Assembly (NCBI GenBank): GCA_963768055.1
Contig: CAVYGN010000002.1
Coordinates: 192,001-256,000 of the forward strand
From: an uncultured Spirochaetota bacterium
GTDB taxonomy: Bacteria; Spirochaetota; Brevinematia; Brevinematales; JAOACQ01
Length of the DNA stretch: 64,000 nt
Direction: 5' to 3'
The first letter of the stretch is position 1; each line of letters opens with the position of its first letter. The position numbers and the translations under genes were made by a program. The notes beneath the pieces are model-generated. The model did no database searches, had not been told where the DNA came from, and was given only the letters and a program-made list of their open reading frames with translations. Of the stretch, positions 60,102-64,000 are shown piece by piece.

Positions 60102-60728
60102 ATGGAAAAAAACCACAATGTCCCTGATGCCAAAAACAGGATACTTCAAGCCGCGTTAAAAATATTTGCGGAAAAAAGCTTCGACGGCGCCAGGATTGAC
60201 GAAATTTCGGAGGAAGCGGGAGTCCCGAAATCTCTTATTTATTATCACTTTAAACATAAAGAAGACATACTGGATACCCTTCTTAAAAATTTTATAGACG
60301 ATTCCAGGGAATTTATAAAAAACGCCGAGCAGGGAACTAAAGATTCCATCGGCAGGGAAATAATGCGGCATCCGGACATTTATAAAAATTTTGTAATAAA
60401 AAACATCGATTTAATACGCATCATCCTTCTGGATTCGCTGAAAAAAAATTCAACGAAACCATTTATCTTTCAATTTGTTGAAATGATGATCAATGCAGAA
60501 GAAGAATTTATCAATTCCCGGAATCCCTCTCAAAAAGGAGAATATAATAAAGATGAAAGGCTTATAGCCGAATTTTTTACCGATATCATCCCCATTTTCA
60601 CATTCCTGTGCTTTTATGATTCCTGGTCAAGTTACTTTAAAATTAATGGGGAAGATCTTGAAAAACTTTTTGCCGGCGTTATTGATGAAACCCATGGCTC
60701 TTACCATAAAAGTCATAATGGAATTTAA
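60102..60728 (+). CDS. TetR/AcrR family regulator
   Basis: ILQAALKIFAEKSF...IDEISEEAGVPKSLIYYHFKHKEDI. Confidence 0.93.
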   Translation: MEKNHNVPDAKNRILQAALKIFAEKSFDGARIDEISEEAGVPKSLIYYHFKHKEDILDTLLKNFIDDSREFIKNAEQGTKDSIGREIMRHPDIYKNFVIKNIDLIRIILLDSLKKNSTKPFIFQFVEMMINAEEEFINSRNPSQKGEYNKDERLIAEFFTDIIPIFTFLCFYDSWSSYFKINGEDLEKLFAGVIDETHGSYHKSHNGI

Positions 60729-60771
60729 CAATAATAAATAATTTTTCAAAAATTAGATAAGGAGCTTTATA

Positions 60772-61395
60772 ATGAAGATCCTGGCGGTTGTAGCAAGCGG
60801 AAGAAAAGGAGGGACTGTCGACAGCATATGCGACAGCATAATTAAAGGTGCTTCGGACTCAAAACATGAAGTAAAAAAAATAAATCTATTCGATTATGAA
60901 ATAAACCCCTGCACGGGCTGCTGCTCCTGCACAAAAACACGTAAATGCGTAATTGACGATGATTTCGGGGAATTATTCGAAATGGAGAAAGACTCCGATT
61001 GCCTGATCTACGGCTTTCCGATCTATTGGCACAGCATACCCGGAATCCTGAAAATTTTTATTGAAAGGCATATGCTTGCAAAGATGCCATTTTATGACAA
61101 CAAGCTGAAAAGGACATTCCGGCAAAAAGCCGTTTCCGCCATGGAATGGTTTAATCAGTTTAAAGAAATCCACCCTTTTGTCAATAAGGGGTTTATTACG
61201 GTATTAGCCTGCAACGATCCTTTCGGAGGTAAGGATGTAACAGGAGTTAAATATATTTTAAAAAACTTTTTTAAGGATATGGGGCTTATGGATTTTAAAA
61301 CGGTCCTGTGTACCGATAATTTATTCAAATTCAGGGAAAATCATTTTGATAAAATCATCTCCAAAAGTTATAATATCGGTAGAAATATCAAATAA
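60772..61395 (+). CDS. Iron-sulfur flavoprotein / flavodoxin-family protein
   Basis: SGRKGGT, CTGCCSC-x5-C, PIYW. Confidence 0.85.
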   Translation: MKILAVVASGRKGGTVDSICDSIIKGASDSKHEVKKINLFDYEINPCTGCCSCTKTRKCVIDDDFGELFEMEKDSDCLIYGFPIYWHSIPGILKIFIERHMLAKMPFYDNKLKRTFRQKAVSAMEWFNQFKEIHPFVNKGFITVLACNDPFGGKDVTGVKYILKNFFKDMGLMDFKTVLCTDNLFKFRENHFDKIISKSYNIGRNIK

Positions 61396-61490
61396 TACGC
61401 TTACCCATTTATTACAAGCCTTTGGAAGTATCTTTGATATCATCTTATAATTATGAACCGTAAAGTAAACCCAGAGAAGGCGAACGAAAA

Positions 61491-62072
61491 ATGAAGAAAG
61501 TCTTATTACTCTTAGCCAAAGGCTTTGAAATTTACGAAGCAAGCGTTTTTATCGATGTTATAGGCTGGAATTTAATCGATGGAGACGGCAGTACTGAATT
61601 ATTCACCTGCGGAATAAATAAGGAATTGAAAAGCGCCATGAACTTCCTGGTTAAAACGGATTATTCAATCGATGAAATTAATGCCGATGACTTCGATGCG
61701 TTGGCCATCCCCGGCGGGTTCGAAGTATCCGGCTTTTACGAAGACGCTTATAATGAACAGTTTTTAAATGTAATCCGCCGATTCGATAAATCCGATAAGA
61801 AAATAGCGTCTGTTTGCACGGGAGCTTTGCCGGTCGGGAAAAGCGGCGTGCTGCGAGGCAGAAATGCAACCACCTACAATTTCAAGAATGGAATAAGGCG
61901 GAAAGAATTGGCATCTTACGGCGCCAATATAATAGATCAGCCAATTGTGATCGACAAAAATATCATTACGTCCTGGAACCCGTCGACTGCGATGGGAGTC
62001 GCTTTTAAATTACTCGAGTTATTGACATCAGCGGAACAATGTAATTATATTAAAAAAATAATGGGGTTTTAA
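61491..62072 (+). CDS. DJ-1/PfpI family protein
   Basis: GFEIYEA, IPGG, SVCTG, ITSWNP. Confidence 0.9.
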   Translation: MKKVLLLLAKGFEIYEASVFIDVIGWNLIDGDGSTELFTCGINKELKSAMNFLVKTDYSIDEINADDFDALAIPGGFEVSGFYEDAYNEQFLNVIRRFDKSDKKIASVCTGALPVGKSGVLRGRNATTYNFKNGIRRKELASYGANIIDQPIVIDKNIITSWNPSTAMGVAFKLLELLTSAEQCNYIKKIMGF

Positions 62073-62074
62073 AT

Positions 62075-62179
62075 ATGGAAAATAAAGTGATCCTGGTAGC
62101 AGGCTGTTCATCCTGCATCGGTATGGATATCGCCGATCGTATATTACGCCATGTTTACAAAATAAAATTTGAAGGGTAA
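62075..62179 (+). pseudogene. Remnant of a short-chain dehydrogenase N-terminus
   Basis: MENKVILVAGCSSCIGMDIA resembles KVILITGxSSGIG; stops after 34 aa. Confidence 0.5.
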
Positions 62180-62180
62180 G

Positions 62181-63002
62181 TCAAATGGCCGCCCAGGAAA
62201 CTATATAAATAAGATCATCCGCCTTGGTCCCGGGCCGTTCAATCACCCACTTTCCTTTTAAATCCAATTCCCTCGATACAAATTCAAAATGGCACATTGC
62301 TATACCGATATCGATATTTTGAAGTTTTATATCTTTAAACCTGTTATTGTAATTATAGTCTTCGTCAAGATAAAAATGGAATGATTTCCCCCCGTTTTCT
62401 TTTATCACCCTCCATGGCTGCTTGTTGGAGGCAGATGGAGCAAGCCTGACTGCCTCAAAAGAAGCCTCGTAAGGGTTACCTTTAATATCCATGAAGAATA
62501 ACTTATTAAAGTCTTTGCGGTTGTCGGCGCCGACCCTCTTACGTACATATTCATCTTCCCGCGACCTTTTTTCCGCGGCATAACCCAGGGGGGTAACAGC
62601 CGGGATAACTTCGCCCTTTTTAATGCCGATCTTTTGGCCGAAAACGCTTCTATCAAGAGATCCTCCGAGCCAGCAGGTTCCGATGCCCATTTCTGCCGCT
62701 TTCAATATCGCGGCTTCCATGCAATATCCGAAATCCTCCATCGCTTTTTCACTCAAAAATACGGCACCTGCAAGGTAAAGTTTGGCGCCTTTTATCATCC
62801 CGTAAGTGCCCAGTCTTTTTATTTCCTCCAGGTCGTAATCCGAAGCTTCAACCAGCTGGAAACGAACATTATTCCCGAAAGGGCCCGTATGGTGTTTTTC
62901 AAGATAGTCCATAAGCTCTTTTTTCTTGATTTCTTCAAGATTTTTGCCGGAATATGACCTGACGGATATTCTCTTTTTAATGATATCGATCATCGATTCC
63001 AT
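62181..63002 (-). CDS. Nitroreductase family protein (two-domain)
   Basis: GGAGG then ATG at 63002; RISVRSY, GIGTCWLGG, LAPSASNKQPW. Confidence 0.88.
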   Translation of the reverse strand: MESMIDIIKKRISVRSYSGKNLEEIKKKELMDYLEKHHTGPFGNNVRFQLVEASDYDLEEIKRLGTYGMIKGAKLYLAGAVFLSEKAMEDFGYCMEAAILKAAEMGIGTCWLGGSLDRSVFGQKIGIKKGEVIPAVTPLGYAAEKRSREDEYVRKRVGADNRKDFNKLFFMDIKGNPYEASFEAVRLAPSASNKQPWRVIKENGGKSFHFYLDEDYNYNNRFKDIKLQNIDIGIAMCHFEFVSRELDLKGKWVIERPGTKADDLIYIVSWAAI

Positions 63003-63076
63003 AAATCCTCCTATTTTAATTGTAGCATATACGTTTGTTTTTTTCACAAATATTGTTTATGATATTAATCAGGGGC

Positions 63077-63937
63077 ATGAATATAAACAATCGTAATTTT
63101 AATACAATCAGTCCATCGGCTAAATCGCTGCTATTGATGAAAGGGTATACGAATATTCCTTTTGCCAGACAGGCTGCGGAATTGATGCATCCCGGAAAGT
63201 TCAATCCGGATTTTAGCGGCAAGGATATAAACTTCTGGGCAAGGGTAGTGCATTTTGAAAAAAGGTACTGGAGTATCGACCAATTATTGTCGGATTTGCC
63301 GGTAAAAAATATCCTGGAATTATCTTCGGGATTCTCCTTTCGCGGCCTGGAAATTGCAAAAGAGGAAGGATTTTATTACATAGATACCGATCTGCCGGAT
63401 GTGATCGCGGCAAAAAAAGATTTTATAGAAGCTTTGAAAATTGACGGCTTTAAAATGAAAGGGATACTGGAATTGCTGCCGCTGAACGCCCTGGACGATA
63501 AACAATTTCATAGAGTAGCAGGCCGTTTTCCGGATGGGAAAATTGTAATTGTGAACGAAGGATTGTTGATGTATTTTGATAAAAATGAGAAAGAAAAACT
63601 TTGCGGCATTATTTATAATTTATTAAAGGAGAGGGGCGGTTATTGGATAACGTCGGATATATATATCAAGAATAAACAGGAGAAGTCCGGCCTTAAAATC
63701 GAGGATAAAACCAGGGAGTTTTACGAACAGCATAATATTGAAGAAAAAAAATTTGAAAGCTTCGAAGAGGCTCGAGCGTTTTTTAACATGATGGGCTTTA
63801 AAATCGATAAAGAAGCGAATGTCAGGCGAACAAAATTGAGTTCGATGAAACATTTCCTGAATAACGCATCGGCAGAGCAGTTACTTAAGATACGCAGTTC
63901 AGTGAAAATACAGGCAACCTGGCGTTTGCGGATTTAA
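63077..63937 (+). CDS. SAM-dependent methyltransferase-like protein (leucine-carboxyl-methyltransferase-like)
   Basis: ILELSSGFS, DTDLPDV, NEGLLMY. Confidence 0.7.
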   Translation: MNINNRNFNTISPSAKSLLLMKGYTNIPFARQAAELMHPGKFNPDFSGKDINFWARVVHFEKRYWSIDQLLSDLPVKNILELSSGFSFRGLEIAKEEGFYYIDTDLPDVIAAKKDFIEALKIDGFKMKGILELLPLNALDDKQFHRVAGRFPDGKIVIVNEGLLMYFDKNEKEKLCGIIYNLLKERGGYWITSDIYIKNKQEKSGLKIEDKTREFYEQHNIEEKKFESFEEARAFFNMMGFKIDKEANVRRTKLSSMKHFLNNASAEQLLKIRSSVKIQATWRLRI

Positions 63938-64000
63938 TCAGAACCCGGGGCCGTTCTTCTTTTCCATTTTATTTTTATATAATTCTCCATCGGCGAGGGT

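Noticed and set aside
63946..63960. GGGGCCGTTC matching the terminus of the B-type palindrome
   Set aside because: Only 10 nt match, the following sequence does not continue the family consensus, and the window ends here.

Overview
This is a gene-dense bacterial chromosomal window, most likely from an anaerobic or microaerophilic spirochaete. The basis is two FlaB-type periplasmic flagellins with a TAAA-N16-GCCGAT sigma-28 promoter and many TPR proteins and lipoproteins; a Brevinematales-like placement is only my impression. Most of it is housekeeping: tsaE, mtnP, pgi, pyk, dus, pdxJ, ispD, secG, apt, rsmE, an oxidative-stress cluster (rubrerythrin, FprA, flavin reductase-rubredoxin), malic enzyme, pfk, recG, phoH plus a 7TM-HD protein, murE, clpS and a partial trp operon. 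I saw no rRNA, tRNA, CRISPR array, integrase, transposase or reverse transcriptase. The unexplained signal is mostly intergenic. (1) A family of ~255-280 bp imperfect palindromes, with five full copies and one stub. Their stems co-vary, they sit as head-to-head A/B pairs, and their central modules are swapped between loci. (2) An AT-rich, truncated DNA-methyltransferase cassette bracketed by inverted arrays of a CACAGAT unit. (3) A promoter-driven ~200 nt structured transcript with no credible ORF at 14.0-14.2 kb. (4) A second MITE-like family with GGGCRCTTCTAAAAA ends. (5) Cis-regulatory RNAs: a Trp-Trp-Trp leader attenuator, an SD-sequestering hairpin before a zinc-ribbon gene, and GGA-rich flagellin leaders. 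All gene calls come from motif recognition by eye, not from database searches.
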